Positions 1 through 12,109 of a DNA stretch of 64,000 bases are shown here, piece after piece. Every line of letters begins with the position of its first letter. Positions within the stretch are counted from its first letter, which is position 1. The position numbers were made by a program, and so were the translations under genes. Below the pieces are notes generated by a model. The model saw only the letters and a list, made by a program, of their open reading frames with translations. It made no database searches and was not told the DNA's origin. Source of the stretch: Dendrobates tinctorius (taxonomy: Eukaryota); NCBI RefSeq assembly GCF_039654945.1, contig NW_027361792.1, positions 1,612,001 through 1,676,000 on the forward strand. The letters run 5' to 3'.

Positions 1-343
1 CTTCAGCTAGTTGCTTTATAAATATGGGGTCTGATGTCTACCAATCATGAAGCAGAATGACATCACTGTAATTCCCCCCCCCCCGCTGCGTCCTTGTTTC
101 TCCTCCCCCCACGACTTTATTAAACTGTTATCCGGAAGGTGTGGAGCTCCGACCCTCTGTAACCGCTATGGCCGGTGATTGAGTATAGGGCGGCATCCAT
201 AGACCAGTGGAGAGGGTGCACCCCCTTAGCTGGAGTGGGAGGGTCACTAATGGCCCCCTCCAGCATCATCTTTGGTGATCTCTCCAGTCAGACGTCCATA
301 TTTGCAGTCCGGCTTTCATTCTTCCCGTATGGATCTCTTGCAG

Positions 344-447
344 ATTTGGAGCCGGAGACGCGGGTGGAATCCACTCGAGAGACTTTGAAGACTTTGCCTG
401 CAGAGAATTACGAAGTTCTGCGCTTCCTCCTCACTTTTCTAGTTGAG
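344..447 (+). CDS. ARHGAP1: Rho GTPase-activating protein 1, penultimate coding exon (RhoGAP domain)
   Basis: cag|ATTTGGAG acceptor and GAG|gtaaga donor; encodes LEPETRVESTRETLKTLPAENYEVLRFLLTFLVE, matching the RhoGAP helix LPxENYxVLRFL. Confidence 0.88.
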
Positions 448-531
448 GTAAGATGGCGGCGGCTCCTCAGTAATGTGCCGGGTGTCCTCGTCGGTTCTCT
501 ACCTCACAGATGGTCTCTGACTCCTCTTCAG

Positions 532-711
532 GTGTCTGCCCGGAGCGACCAGAACAAGATGACAAACGCCAACCTGGCTGTGGTGTTCGGCCCCAACCTC
601 CTCTGGGCAAAAGACGTGGCCATGACCCTGAAAGCCATAAATCCCATCAACACCTTCACGAAGTTCCTGCTCGACCGCCAGAAGGAGCTGTTCGAGGACA
701 CTCACCTGTAA
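532..711 (+). CDS. ARHGAP1: Rho GTPase-activating protein 1, last coding exon
   Basis: ttcag|GTG acceptor; VSARSDQNKMTNANLAVVFGPNLLWAKDVAMTLKAINPINTFTKFLLD... is the RhoGAP C-terminal signature as in ARHGAP1; TAA at 709-711; adjacency to ATG13/HARBI1 supports ARHGAP1 over ARHGAP8. Confidence 0.9.
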   Translation: MSARSDQNKMTNANLAVVFGPNLLWAKDVAMTLKAINPINTFTKFLLDRQKELFEDTHL

Positions 712-3700
712 ATCCGAATGTTCCCGCTTCAGCACTGCCAGCCGAGCGCTGCCCGGTCCCCTCCACCACGTCACCATCCGTCCTGCGTCTGCACATGACA
801 CGTTGGAGCCGGCGTCTCCAATGCAGCTTGTAGCACCAGGGCGCTTGCCAAATACAACGCCACCCGAATGGGGGCGACAGTCGGTGCCTCCGGTAGGCAG
901 AGCAGCACTCCCTGTGTGATTGGTGTGGTATGTCGTGTGCGAGGCAGAGCACAAAATGATTGAGGGACCCCCCCCCCCTACAACGCTTCTGTCCGTATCC
1001 TCATCCACATTCCCCGGAGCTTCTCTATATACACTGCCGGACGACACCCAACCACCATCTGTAGCTCCTGTAACCCAGGAGAGGCTTTTGGGGATTTTTT
1101 AGGGCGACTTTGTGGCCAATCTCATTTTTCCCTCTGAAAGCTTGGCACAAAGTTCTGCTCCGGTGGTCCGGGATCTGTGTCGCCCCCTTATTTTGCTTTT
1201 ATTCCTTATGGTGGTTGTTTTTTTTAATGTTCTTTTATCAATATATTTTTATACACGTTGCGCACTCTGCACAAAACCCCACAGCCGTCACATATCTGTA
1301 TATAAATGACATCCCGGGAGGGTGACCGTCAAGATTCGGCTTGTAAAATCCGCATCCGAAGGGAAGAAATGCCTTCAGCTAGTTCATATAATATCCATCA
1401 GAAAAACATGGCTGCTTCCTTTGTGAAACAGCGCCACATCTGGCCACAGGTTGGACGTGATATTGCAGGTCAGTCTCGCTTATTGTAATGGGGTTGAGCT
1501 GCAATACTGCATGCAAACTGTGGACAGGTGTGGCGCTGTTTCTAGAAGGAAGCAGCCATGTTTTTCTCATCCTGTTTAAGGATTGGCCTGTGACTCGCAC
1601 TTCTCGCCTGTGATTGGTAGGACCACAGCGACCAGGCAAAGTAATAGGGGTCCTGTGTGTCCCCCCTGTAATGCCGGGGCACTACTGTGCTCAGCCACCA
1701 GTCTTGTAGACACTGATTGGAGTAGTAGTGATTGACCACCACTAGGTGGAGCCTAAAACCAGCCTGAGCACCTCATCTCCCCCTAGTGGAGGCTGCAGGT
1801 ACTGAGGATTTGGAGCTTTGTATCAGAAATCAGACCACAACACAGATGTGATCAGAATCGGGCTGATCCACGTTATGACAGGTGATGACAGCAGTGATGC
1901 CGGCCAGTGCCACCTCTGTCTTGTCTGTCGCTTTGTGTGCCATGTCATTTTTTTCTCCTCGGCCGGTCGGTGGTGACCGGTGACTTTAATTCCCTCGATG
2001 TAGCTCTTTGTTCTGTGGTCGTGTTCCTGCCCTTTGCACAATCTCGTCCTTTATAAAGTGCATTTATGACTACGGTTTTGTAACTTTTGCTATTTTATTG
2101 CCAAATGTTTGCCTTCTTGGATGTATTGTTTTCTATGCTTTATGATTATGGCGTTACCTTCACGTGAGCGGGTTCCTTTTTTTCTGTTTTTGGGAGGGTC
2201 CAATGGGCGTCTTCGGCTGAGGATTGAAGGTCATCAAAGGGGATTTATAAGACCTACTGGTCGGAAACTCTGCAAGCCTCCTCTTGCCGGATTTCCCCTG
2301 GGGGGGGCGACTTCATAGTTGCGATGTAACAAATGCATGACGTCAGACCGACCTATAAATCCGGAGACTCTGGGGATGCCGGCAAGGAGGAGGAGGGTCG
2401 CAGGGACGACAACGTAACAGCCGGTCCAGATTCCTGTGAATCGATTCACTCGTTTCTAGTGAGGATTCATCCTTCAGCCCCAATAACATTTTACTCATCA
2501 TCAATCTCTTCCAAATCTGAGAAAAGCCTCGTAGGGGAACGATCCTACGCCTGCTGATCGCTGCGTCCCCCTGCAGAGCTGGAATATGGGGACGGAGCCA
2601 CCACAGCCCCCATTGTGTCCCTATTGGGATGCATTACTGATATATTTGTGATCCACATAGTGTAAATGAGAACTTACCCTTTTTAGGTATACAGCTCCTT
2701 TGCAGACCTATGTGTCTCCATGGTAACAGTACTGTTCAGTCAGGTATAAGGGGGCAGAAGGCAGGGTGTAACGTGTATGCGTGGTGATTTCTCAGTCTGC
2801 ACCGTCAGATTACGCCGGATTCACGCTCTGCAACACAAATCACAGGATCTAGCGCGGTTTTTGCTGCATCGTATCGTTCCCTGATGAGGTCGTGTTTGTG
2901 GCCGCCATGTTTGTCCATCCCATCCCCTGTATTCAGAAGGAAATCATCGTTTTCGGTCGTCTCCTGCCCTTTCCCTACATTGCTCACGTCCTGACCTCGG
3001 GACACAACCGGACACCGCCGTGATTTGCCACCTGACATCATGTAATGTGTTTTTGGTGCGGACCCCCGAGGATTCGCCTCTTCCTCCTTTTCTCGTTCCC
3101 GTGTGTCGTGGTTCTGATCCGAGGGTTCCTGCCTCGCGTCACATTTTTATTCTGCTTGTGATTTCATGTTTTGTACTTCAATTTCGAAGAGGAAAAAAAA
3201 AACCAGTCCATCAGAGGTAACTCGTGTCCTCGTCTTATTTCTGGGCGCCATTGTTTCAGATGGGGAAAACTCTGTTTTGATCAAATGGAGAATTATTAAA
3301 GCGGCTGCACACTGACAATGTGGGGGCGATCGTCTTCATTTTAAATGCATGTATTTTGGGTTAAAATATAATTTTTGCAATTGGATTTTCTCACCGTGCA
3401 TTTATATCTTTTGCATTTTGCGACATTTTTTTGACTTTTATTGCTGACTGCAAAATGAGGTAACTGCAGCTCCACCAGTGAGCTCATTCTGACGGTGACT
3501 TTCATCTATCTTTCTCTGAACTCTAATTTGGTCTGTGGTCAAATGAGTTCAGCAAAGTTGTGCTGAACCTTGATGTGGTCTTAAAGCAGCTGAGAGAAGT
3601 TCAGAAAAAAAAAAGACACATGTCCAAATTCAGCATCTTATTGTTTTTTTTTTGGCACTTTTCTGTTCGATAATCATTGCTGTTTTTTTTTGTGCCAAAT

Positions 3701-4497
3701 TCTTAAAAATGGTCACATGAGAATGAGCTCGCTGACTGATTCTTAGTTTTCTGCAGACAGCAATGTGCGGGAGACAAAAAGCCTTTTAAAAGCCAAACGA
3801 TGCAAAATGTTTAATCAAAGCCAATTGCAAAAATCATTATTAGCCGCAAATTCATAGATTTATGTAAAGAAATTTTGTCGTAGGGGTGTCTATTTCATTT
3901 AAAAGGTATTCACTTGGTTTGTTAGACTTGTGTGAATTTGGGGCCTGGACTTAGACTACACACACGATAGATATGTGGGTACGGCAGGCGCCGCTCGTCT
4001 TTGAGGTGCAACATATTTCTGCCTAAAACCAATGTGTGTGTGGGATGGCGCCATAACGTGGTACCTGATGGACGTACAGCCGGCCATGGAATGCAATATG
4101 GATCCGCTACGTCCCCTCCGTGCATATAACCTGCAAGGTCTGTGCTGTGTATTTGCATCTGGAAAAGAAAAACAAGTTTTCTGTATTCCAGCAAAGTGGA
4201 TACGATTTATATATATTTCTCTTGCAGTAAATGTGAATTGTATTTGCTGATTTTCACCATTTTTTTTTTTTAAATGAGGTGTAGAAATTCCAAAGGTTAA
4301 AAAAAAACAACCTGCATATTCGACTTTATTGCAGTTCTGCAGAAAAGCAATGAAAACGCAAGTAATCAGCACAAGACTAACGATTTATGACAGCTGGGGA
4401 ATTGGGCAAACTAAGAGCCAAACCAAGTTACTTTTATTTAAGAGTTAACCTGACAAAAAAAAGGGAAACTGCAGAGGAATAAATCTGATAAGAACAC

Positions 4498-4772
4498 AAT
4501 ATGCAAATTGCCTCTTCTGAAAGAAAGAGGACTTTTACTTTACAGCGCCACCTATTGGTAGTAGCGATCCTACAAGTCACAATCAACCCTTTAACGAGTC
4601 TTGTAATATGACTTAGGATAAAAGCCAAATCAGAATCTCAATTGGCTTTTATCCTAAGTCATATTACAAGACTCGTTAAAGGGTTGATTGTGACTTGTAG
4701 GATCGCTACTACCAATAGGTGGCGCTGTAGAGTAAAAGTCCTCTTTCTTTCAGAAGAGGCAATTTGCATATT
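4498..4772. repeat. Near-perfect inverted repeat, 131-bp arms with 13-bp spacer
   Basis: 4498-4628 is the reverse complement of 4642-4772 with about one mismatch; the ORF track gives the same peptide on both strands. Confidence 0.92.
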
Positions 4773-5677
4773 ATTTTCCCAGAGGAGCATTGCACGGCGA
4801 ATAAGCCTCCTTACCTTGACAAGCCAGAGCTGGCATGTCACTCTCCACAAGGAGAAACCTTACCTCTTAGACCATAAGAACACAAGTAACCTGAATTCAC
4901 CGATTGGTGCAGAAATACTAAAAACGCAGCAAATCAGCAGCGCGGGAAGTTATAAGCTGATGTACGTGACGCTGTGCTCAGTGCTGCTCACCGGAGGGCG
5001 ACATTGCGATTAGAAGAAGCAGCTTGGGGGGGATGGAAACTTTCGCCTGCAGCCGCCCCCATGTATGCCACACGTCAATTTTTCTTACTTTTTTTTGCAG
5101 CAGGAACTAATATCGATACATTGTTAATTACAATACTTAATGTAACAAAAAACACATCTTTTAAATGTAGATTTTTCCAGTAGAAGAAAATCCTCAGTCA
5201 TTGCCGGTGTTACTGCCCCCCGTAGGAATCATTGATTACTAAGCCCCCCCGAGAAAAACAACCTGTGTCATCAGTGTTTAGTCCTTTGTCGGGATAAAGA
5301 AATTAATGACAAATCTTCTCCCGTTCATTGCAATATTAACCCCGGACGGCACCCAGATTACACACTGACACCCCCTGAGTGACGTCCGGACCCCATGGAT
5401 TTGTATTGATAATTTTGATCTGTGATGCGGATCATCAATGGACGACTCCAGAAACAAAGTCTGCAAAAAACAAGGACGTGTGACCAGCCCCATAGATTGC
5501 AATGGGGTTACATCCATGAAAACCACAGATAGAACCCAAATGTGAGAAGTGACCGTGTGAACGAGGCCTCAGGCTGCGGGAAAACTGCATTGGAAAACAA
5601 ACACGTTTTCCTTTTGTCGCATTTTTCATTGTGATCCACAGTTTCTTACAATTGATATTGACCAATATTTGCATTAA

Positions 5678-5879
5678 GGCTCATCCTCACTTGCGAGAGA
5701 CTTGCTCGATTCTCGTGCGAGTCTCTCACATGAAAACCTGGTGCTGGGACCAGAGCTTGCGGCTGCATAGAAATACATGTAGCCGCACGCTCCGGTCCGA
5801 GTGCCGGCGGCAGTGCCGGGTATTCATGGGAGAGACTCGCATGAGAATCAAGCGAGTCTCTCGCAAACGAGGATGAGCC
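5678..5879. mobile_element. Palindromic MITE, PIF/Harbinger-like
   Basis: TIRs GGCTCATCCTCACTTGCGAG / CTCGCAAACGAGGATGAGCC; TA-rich flanks; core shared with 7037-7217. Confidence 0.7.
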
Positions 5880-7036
5880 CTTACAAAGTGTTTTGCAGCA
5901 GTTTACGATTTATTTGGTTTCTGGCTACTTAATGGCACCCAGCGCCCCTCTAAATCTATCCCATGCGGCCGTATTATGTCAGGGCAGATGCAGGAATCTC
6001 TGCAGCGCTCCCATCAGGTGTGAATGCGTCTTGCCACCCGCGGCCTCTCCCTGTCCATCTCTTCACACCTGATCGGTTCGGCAAGATGCTACGGGCAAAG
6101 TTCACAGAACGTTCCGTGCCAGGATCGTTCCTGAGAATTCACACCCCGGACAATCACTGCTGCCAACAACATGTTTATGTCACGCTTCTTGACCAGAATT
6201 TTCAGAAATTTTGCCCCGATGCCGACGACGAGGTTTTCTACCCATAAACCTGACGTTGCAGACAGTTGTTATTAAAGAAAATTCTGCAAAAAATGCAATT
6301 CTGATATTTATTTACACTCCTATGTTGTTTTTTGAGGTGATAGGAAAAAGGGGAACAAATGTGTCAGTCCGACCCTATGGATGATTCCTGGAAATTCTGC
6401 TTCCATTAAAAAATCCTTGCACTGAATTCGGAATTTTCCACTTTATGCAGCAGCCACTGTTTTTCTCCACTTTGGACGTGTTCACACACAGCTAAAGATT
6501 AGCCCCAGACCTCTGACGGGTTGTTTTCAGAGACAAGCGCATGAATTTCTGCACATCTCAATATTATCTAAAGGTGTACTTTCTTGCCAACTCTCATAGA
6601 AGACTTTCCCGCCAGTCGAGTTGGCAAATCCCCCTGGGTGCCGCCAAAACAGCCTGTGAAGGATGCAGGAGGCTTTGGTGACACCATAATCTATATTTAG
6701 AGGTTTTGTACCCCGCCCACAGCCGCTGCATGTGAATACGCCCTTATCCGCATTCACACGTCTGTGTATCACGGACCCTCCACACGTCTGCCCCCTGGAC
6801 TCCGCCGCTTCATACGTATATGTTAGAGTTCACGGAAAGAGGAGATTACTATAGATCCCATGCCCACTTTTATCTTTTACAGCTGACCCACGGCGCACTG
6901 TGGAAATCTACAGCACGTCCATTTTTTTTTTAATAACTTCCCTCGTTTTCAATGGGACATAGAAGATTCGCAGATAAAAAACCCAATGTGCACGCTCCTA
7001 TTTACTGAGTGGAGACGCAGGGATGACTGTCAATAA

Positions 7037-7217
7037 GGCCGGGGTCACACTTGCGAGTGTGATGCGAGAAACTTGCCTCAATACCAGGCACTCGGGACCG
7101 GAGTGTGCGGCTCCATGTCTTTCTATGCAGCTGAACGCTCCTGTCCGAGTGCCGGCGGCAGTGCCGGGTATTGAGGCGCGAGTTTCTCACATCACACTCA
7201 CAAGTGTGACCCCGGCC
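7037..7217. mobile_element. Palindromic MITE, PIF/Harbinger-like
   Basis: TIRs GGCCGGGGTCACACTTG / CAAGTGTGACCCCGGCC flanked by TAA/TTA. Confidence 0.75.
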
Positions 7218-8905
7218 TTACACTAAATATCTTGAAAAATAGCCCGTTTGCTGGACTCTGCACTTTTGGTGCATTTTTACTCTATGGTTTTACATAATCA
7301 GCCTGAAAAAAATGTAGTTACAATATGGGTTTTTTTTAAGTGCAGAATAAAATCTTTTCTGTACTAAAATAAACGCAATAAACAACAAAGTTTCCAACCT
7401 GCACCAAAGATGCAATGTATAAAGGGAAAACGCAGCCAAAACAATGCAGCACAAAGTGCAATAATCAGGAACACCGTGTTGTGCTGCAGATGAAGCAGAG
7501 AACGTGCGGCTATAAATCAGAAAATACTGTGTGAACTGAGCCTTATACTGACCCTGGTGCTAAATTGTCCCAATTCTGACATCTGTGAAACTCTGCCACA
7601 GACCGGTCGGGGTCTCCTGACAACATGTGGGCATATACGAGGCTGTGGCGTTTGGGTCATGAGCCTCGCGGCCGCTCTGGCCCACGACCGTGGTTCTCAA
7701 TTCGCCAGGATTCTTCAGTCAAATTAATGGGATCAGTTCAGGTAATCAGACCAATAATTGCGACCATAACACTAGTGATGCCCCCCGCCTCTAGGTCTGC
7801 GCTGTGCATATTACCGCGGGTTGCAAATGCAAATCTGGTTAATTTCCACAACTGAAAGGCCTGATGGGGACTTGCAGCCTTTCAGTCCCGTGGCCCCCGG
7901 ACGCTCAGGGTGCTGCATTATTTGGTGCGGTTTTCCTGCGACATCGCCCTGAAGGCGGGCACAGAGAAATACGGAAACGAATCCCAGAAAGGAGGAAGGA
8001 CTTGTACAAAGAATGATGCAACAGGATAAAAATCAAGATGACCAAGGACGGGCACAGATAAGAGTTAACTCTTTCAGAGTCACCTCCGCTGTGTCTTCTG
8101 GAGGCTGTAGGGACCCCCTTCCTCTGGGTCGTTCACAGTATGAATCTCCTTCGGCTGTCAGGGCACGATGGGAGTGGTAGTAGGAGAGCCAGAGGATGTA
8201 GCTCAGTGGTTCTGGCTTGTAGCGCTCTAGTTGATGCAAAACTACAACTCCCATCATGCCCTGACACCCGACAGGGCTTGCTGCCGCTACCCTGCAGTAA
8301 TAGCGGACTGTATTAACTCCTGCAGGTTATTTGCTACGGAATTAGTGAGACCAAAGTACAGAACAAGACGCTATCAGAAAATCCCATGCAATACAGAGGT
8401 GTTCGAGGATACGAAGGTCACAGTCTCATCTGAAAGATAGGGCAGAATCTCACACACAACCAATCACTGGGAGGCTACCGAGGTTGGTTGTACAATTAAT
8501 ACACAATCTAATTGGTTGCAACAGACAACACCTCAATTCAGTCTCTTGGTGCAAAACTCAAAAGTCCGGGCGGAGAAAGGAAAACAGTGAAGTTTCTCCT
8601 CCCCCCGACTGTGGGCAGCCATGATACCTTCCTGTGTGATCCCTTTTCACATTGTCTCGGTGCCCTCCTGAGGGTCCTCACCCTTTACCCCCCCCCCATC
8701 CTGGCATCAGTTGCGATATGTACCACGGGGCCCATGGCTGCCAGGTTGGACTCTTCTGCGATGTTGGGTGGTCTTCACTGTTCATACGCTTTACCCTTGT
8801 ACCCGGCGGCTGCTCCTGGGATCTTCTAGCGAGTGATTCCAGACGAGTCATACAAGGTTCGTCTCAGTCTCATGGGCAATCAGTGCCTGCCTGTGGCTCT
8901 GTACA

Positions 8906-9130
8906 TTACAGCCCTTGGCTCACGGCGTCACAATTCTTCCAGCTTTTCAGCTTCCACCTGACAACGTCCGGCAGAGGAAGCAGATCAGCAGAGTCTTTCC
9001 TTGTCAGGTTACGAGCCAACGTACTGAGGCATCGCTCCTCCAGAGATGGCAAAGTGCAGCAGCGAAGACCCAGGGCCATCTCTGTGCCAGGGCTGGTGGA
9101 AGAAGCCATGGGAAATAATGGCAGCTGCAC
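8906..9130 (-). CDS. SPSB3-like last exon (end of SPRY + SOCS box)
   Basis: ctcag|GTG acceptor; BC-box SLEERCLSTL and Cul5-box LPLP; TAA stop. Confidence 0.87.
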   Translation of the reverse strand: MQLPLFPMASSTSPGTEMALGLRCCTLPSLEERCLSTLARNLTRKDSADLLPLPDVVRWKLKSWKNCDAVSQGL

Positions 9131-11280
9131 CTGAGAGGTGAGGATAACGGTCACACACCATCATACAATCATGTCCTAAATCCTTTCTATTATAGCTGTG
9201 ATGCTCTGCGTGTCCTGACCCCTTTCTATTAAAGCTGCGATGCTCTGCGTCTCCTTACCTACCCCTTTCTATTAAAGCTGCGATGCTCCGCGTCTCCTGA
9301 CCCCTTTCTATTAAAGCTGCGATGCTCCGCGTCTCCTGACCCCTTTCTATTAAAGCTGCGATGCTCCGCGTCTCCTGACCCCTTTCTATTAAAGCTGCGA
9401 TGCTCCGCGTCTCCTGACCCCTTTCTATTAAAGCTGCGATGCTCCGCGTCTCCTGACCCCTTTCTATTAAAGCTGCGATGCTCCGCGTCTCCTGACCCCT
9501 TTCTATTAAAGCTGCGATGCTCCGCGTCTCCTGACCCCTTTCTATTAAAGCTGCGATGCTCCGCGTCTCCTGACCCCTTTCTATTACAGCTGCGATGCTC
9601 CACGTCTCCTGACCCTTTTCTATCACAGCTTTGATACTCTATGTGTCCTGACCCCTATCTATCTTGGCTGCGATGCTCTGCGTGACCTGACCCCTTTCTA
9701 TCTCGGCTGTGATGCTCTGCGTGTCCTGACCCCTTTCTATCTCGGCTGCGATGCTCTGCGTGTCCTGACCCCTTTCTATCACAGCTGCGATGCTCTGTGT
9801 CTCCTGACCCCTTTCTATTACAGCTGCGATGCTCTGCGTGACCTGACCCCTTTCTATCACAGCTGCGATGCTCTGCGTCTCCTGACCCCTAACACAGCTG
9901 TGATGCTCTGCATGCATTATATTACACTCTACACGGTGACCCATGACATTACCTTGTGGAGTCCGGTGAAGGCTACCCCCAGACTCTCTCTGTCTTTGTA
10001 AAACGTCAGCGTCCCATCCTCCATGTTCAGGTGCAGGCCGATCAACGTCCCCGCCTCGTAGAATGGCTCGGTGTACTGCCTGCTGCTGCCCCCGTGCCAG
10101 ATGTTGCCTTTATAGGACAGACCCCAGCTGTCGGCGTCCAGTCCTGGAAATAGTCACATGGATCATTACTGAGGGGAATAAGGGGGGATCATGCAATGTT
10201 CCCATCAGTAGGAGCCCCCGACCCTTGTACCATATGGACCCTCTATTACCGATGGCCGGGGGTCCTGATAGCTTTGTTAGCTGCCTGGACTTGGGAGGAC
10301 CCCATCTTACCCAGTAGATTGATATACTGGAAGCTGCCGGCACATAGAGCGGCTCTGCTGGTGCCAACACCGACCATGACGGACAGTCCAGACGGCGGCT
10401 CCAGGAACTCAATCTCCCAGTAATGTTCTCCTTGTAGGAAGCCTGGACGAGAAGAACCGAAAAATGTAATAAAACGGGAAGAAGTGATAAGAGAATCAGA
10501 CACGAGGGAGCGATTAAGTAGCGAAACCTAGAATTGACCTTGTACGATTCCACTGATCAGACGATCGGCCACGGGTCGCTGAAAGGAGACGTCTGTTCTC
10601 ACAACTGCGTCCTCCGGCCCGGTTTAATATTCAAAACCCGCAAAAATCTGTGCTTCACTCTCCATCCCAGGTCCAGGGCTGAGTCTCCTCTGCTGCTCCC
10701 AGTGTCTATTATTGTCTGCAGCGCTGAGGTCACGTCGACAGCACTGCAGGCAATCAGTGGCTTGTGCCGTCTACGGTCAATTAATAATTTTCACTATTTT
10801 TTTTACTCAGTCTCCATAGGGAATATGAACCTGCAATGATTTCCATATACTACAATATCTCTGGCTCAGATACAAAGGAGGATAATGAGGTCTTTATTGG
10901 GCTCCCACCTGCCATCACAACCCACCAGCTCCCCACGATCATACAAGCCGATGCCGGAGGAGTCTGCGAGTGGCGTTCAGTCTGCTCCTTGCTGAGGACA
11001 CACGAGTGCTGGGTCGAGCTGAAAATTCAGGGGTTTGGGGAGGTTGGGAAAGATGGTTGACGACTATCCTACATGCATGGGATACTAAGAAATGAAGCCG
11101 AGTATCCTCGTGCTTCTCACCCTCATCCCCCCGCACTCCGGCGGTACCGCCACTTTCTGACACAGGATCCGTGTGGAAATACACTTCTTTGCGACCATGA
11201 GACAGCTCCACCGACGGGCACAGGTCATTTGCGTCCCACAGCCAGTTTTTCTTCACAAAGCCACATGGCATGGGGGGCAT
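8906..11280 (-). CDS. SPRY domain + SOCS box protein (SPSB3-like paralogue); coding exons 11280-11121, 10442-10311, 10143-9953, 9130-8906; 235 aa
   Basis: All introns are GT-AG with consistent phases (1,1,0) and there are no stops. Product MPPMPCGFVKKNWLWD...VYFH...GTAGVRG...GEHYWEIEF...VMVGVGT...LLGLDADSWGLSYKG...GTLIGLHLNMEDGTLTFYK...LFPMASST...SLEERCLSTL...LPLP parallels the SPSB3 SPRY domain and SOCS box. Confidence 0.88.
9180..9905. repeat. 39-bp minisatellite, about 18 copies, filling the last intron of the SPSB3-like gene
   Basis: Unit GACCCCTTTCTATTAAAGCTGCGATGCTCCGCGTCTCCT. Confidence 0.95.
9953..10143 (-). CDS. SPSB3-like coding exon (SPRY)
   Basis: tttccag|GA acceptor, AAG|GTAATG donor; LDADSWGLSYKGNIWHGG...GTLIGLHLNMEDGTLTFYKDRESLGVAFTGLHK. 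Confidence 0.88.
10311..10442 (-). CDS. SPSB3-like coding exon (SPRY)
   Basis: ccag|GC acceptor, G|GTAAG donor; FLQGEHYWEIEFLEPPSGLSVMVGVGTSRAALCAGSFQYINLL. Confidence 0.88.
11121..11280 (-). CDS. SPSB3-like coding exon (SPRY N-terminal part)
   Basis: Acceptor gtag| just before 11293, ATG at 11280, donor G|GTGAG; WLWD...VYFHTDP...GTAGVRG. Confidence 0.85.
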
Positions 11281-12109
11281 CACCAGCCCGGCCCTACAAT
11301 CACAAATAAAACATTTAATGGGCATTTGAGTCATAACTATACAGGGGATCACTATTAGATGGCTGAGACCCCCGATGGCGGAACGGACGACTTGTGCCCT
11401 TATTTGAAAGCTGTGGCGGTTGTGACCTACAGGTCGGACTGTTGGAATACGTGGGTGCAGCGCTGGCGATCATTGGGGGTCTTAGACCAGACTTGCCTTG
11501 GTTTAGTCATCACCTATATTGTTAGAACTGGAATCCCCCTTAGCCCCCATCTCCCTTTTTGACATCGCACGTACGGGGGTCTCGGACACAGATATAGGGT
11601 CTTGTTTATAAATACAGGTGTTTTAGGCTGGGGCATCACAAGGTCACATGCGATTTGCTGTTGTATGACTATTTAAGGCTGCGACTTTGGCCACAACGCA
11701 AGTCGCATTGTGCCGCCGCAGCAGCAACGTAGTACAACACAGGCGAGTCGCGTCACATTGCAATCTGTGAGGCACAGCGAATAGAAAGTCATCAAAAATC
11801 TAATCAGTTCTTTTTGCAACTTTCTTGCCGCGGTTGCAGCACCTCGCAGGCTGCAATGTGACACGATTACGTTACAATGTAGCAGCGACAGAATGACCAG
11901 TGTCGTGGAAGACGCCACCAGCAAAAGAACATCCGACACATGGAAACATTAGCGACTCTGAGTAGCAGTCGGTCGCAATGTGATACCATAGGAAATGTGA
12001 TGTCGTAATGCGATGCACGGCGCCGAGTCTTATCTGTCCTTAGGTAACACCCCAGAGAGAAGACCCATCAAACAGCACCCCAGATCTCAGTGTCCTGGCA
12101 TCTCCTCAC

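Noticed and set aside
175-343. N-terminal part of the 178-aa ORF
   Set aside because: Intronic sequence upstream of the acceptor at 344; no RhoGAP similarity
2289-2360. CRE (TGACGTCA at 2338) plus TATAAAT (2354) promoter-like cluster
   Set aside because: No supportable downstream exon or ORF; short motifs are expected by chance
7820-7990. Octamer ATGCAAAT suggesting an snRNA gene
   Set aside because: No recognisable PSE or snRNA body nearby
9255-9944. Repetitive ORFs (IERGQETRSIAAL)n
   Set aside because: 39-bp minisatellite inside an intron with canonical boundaries
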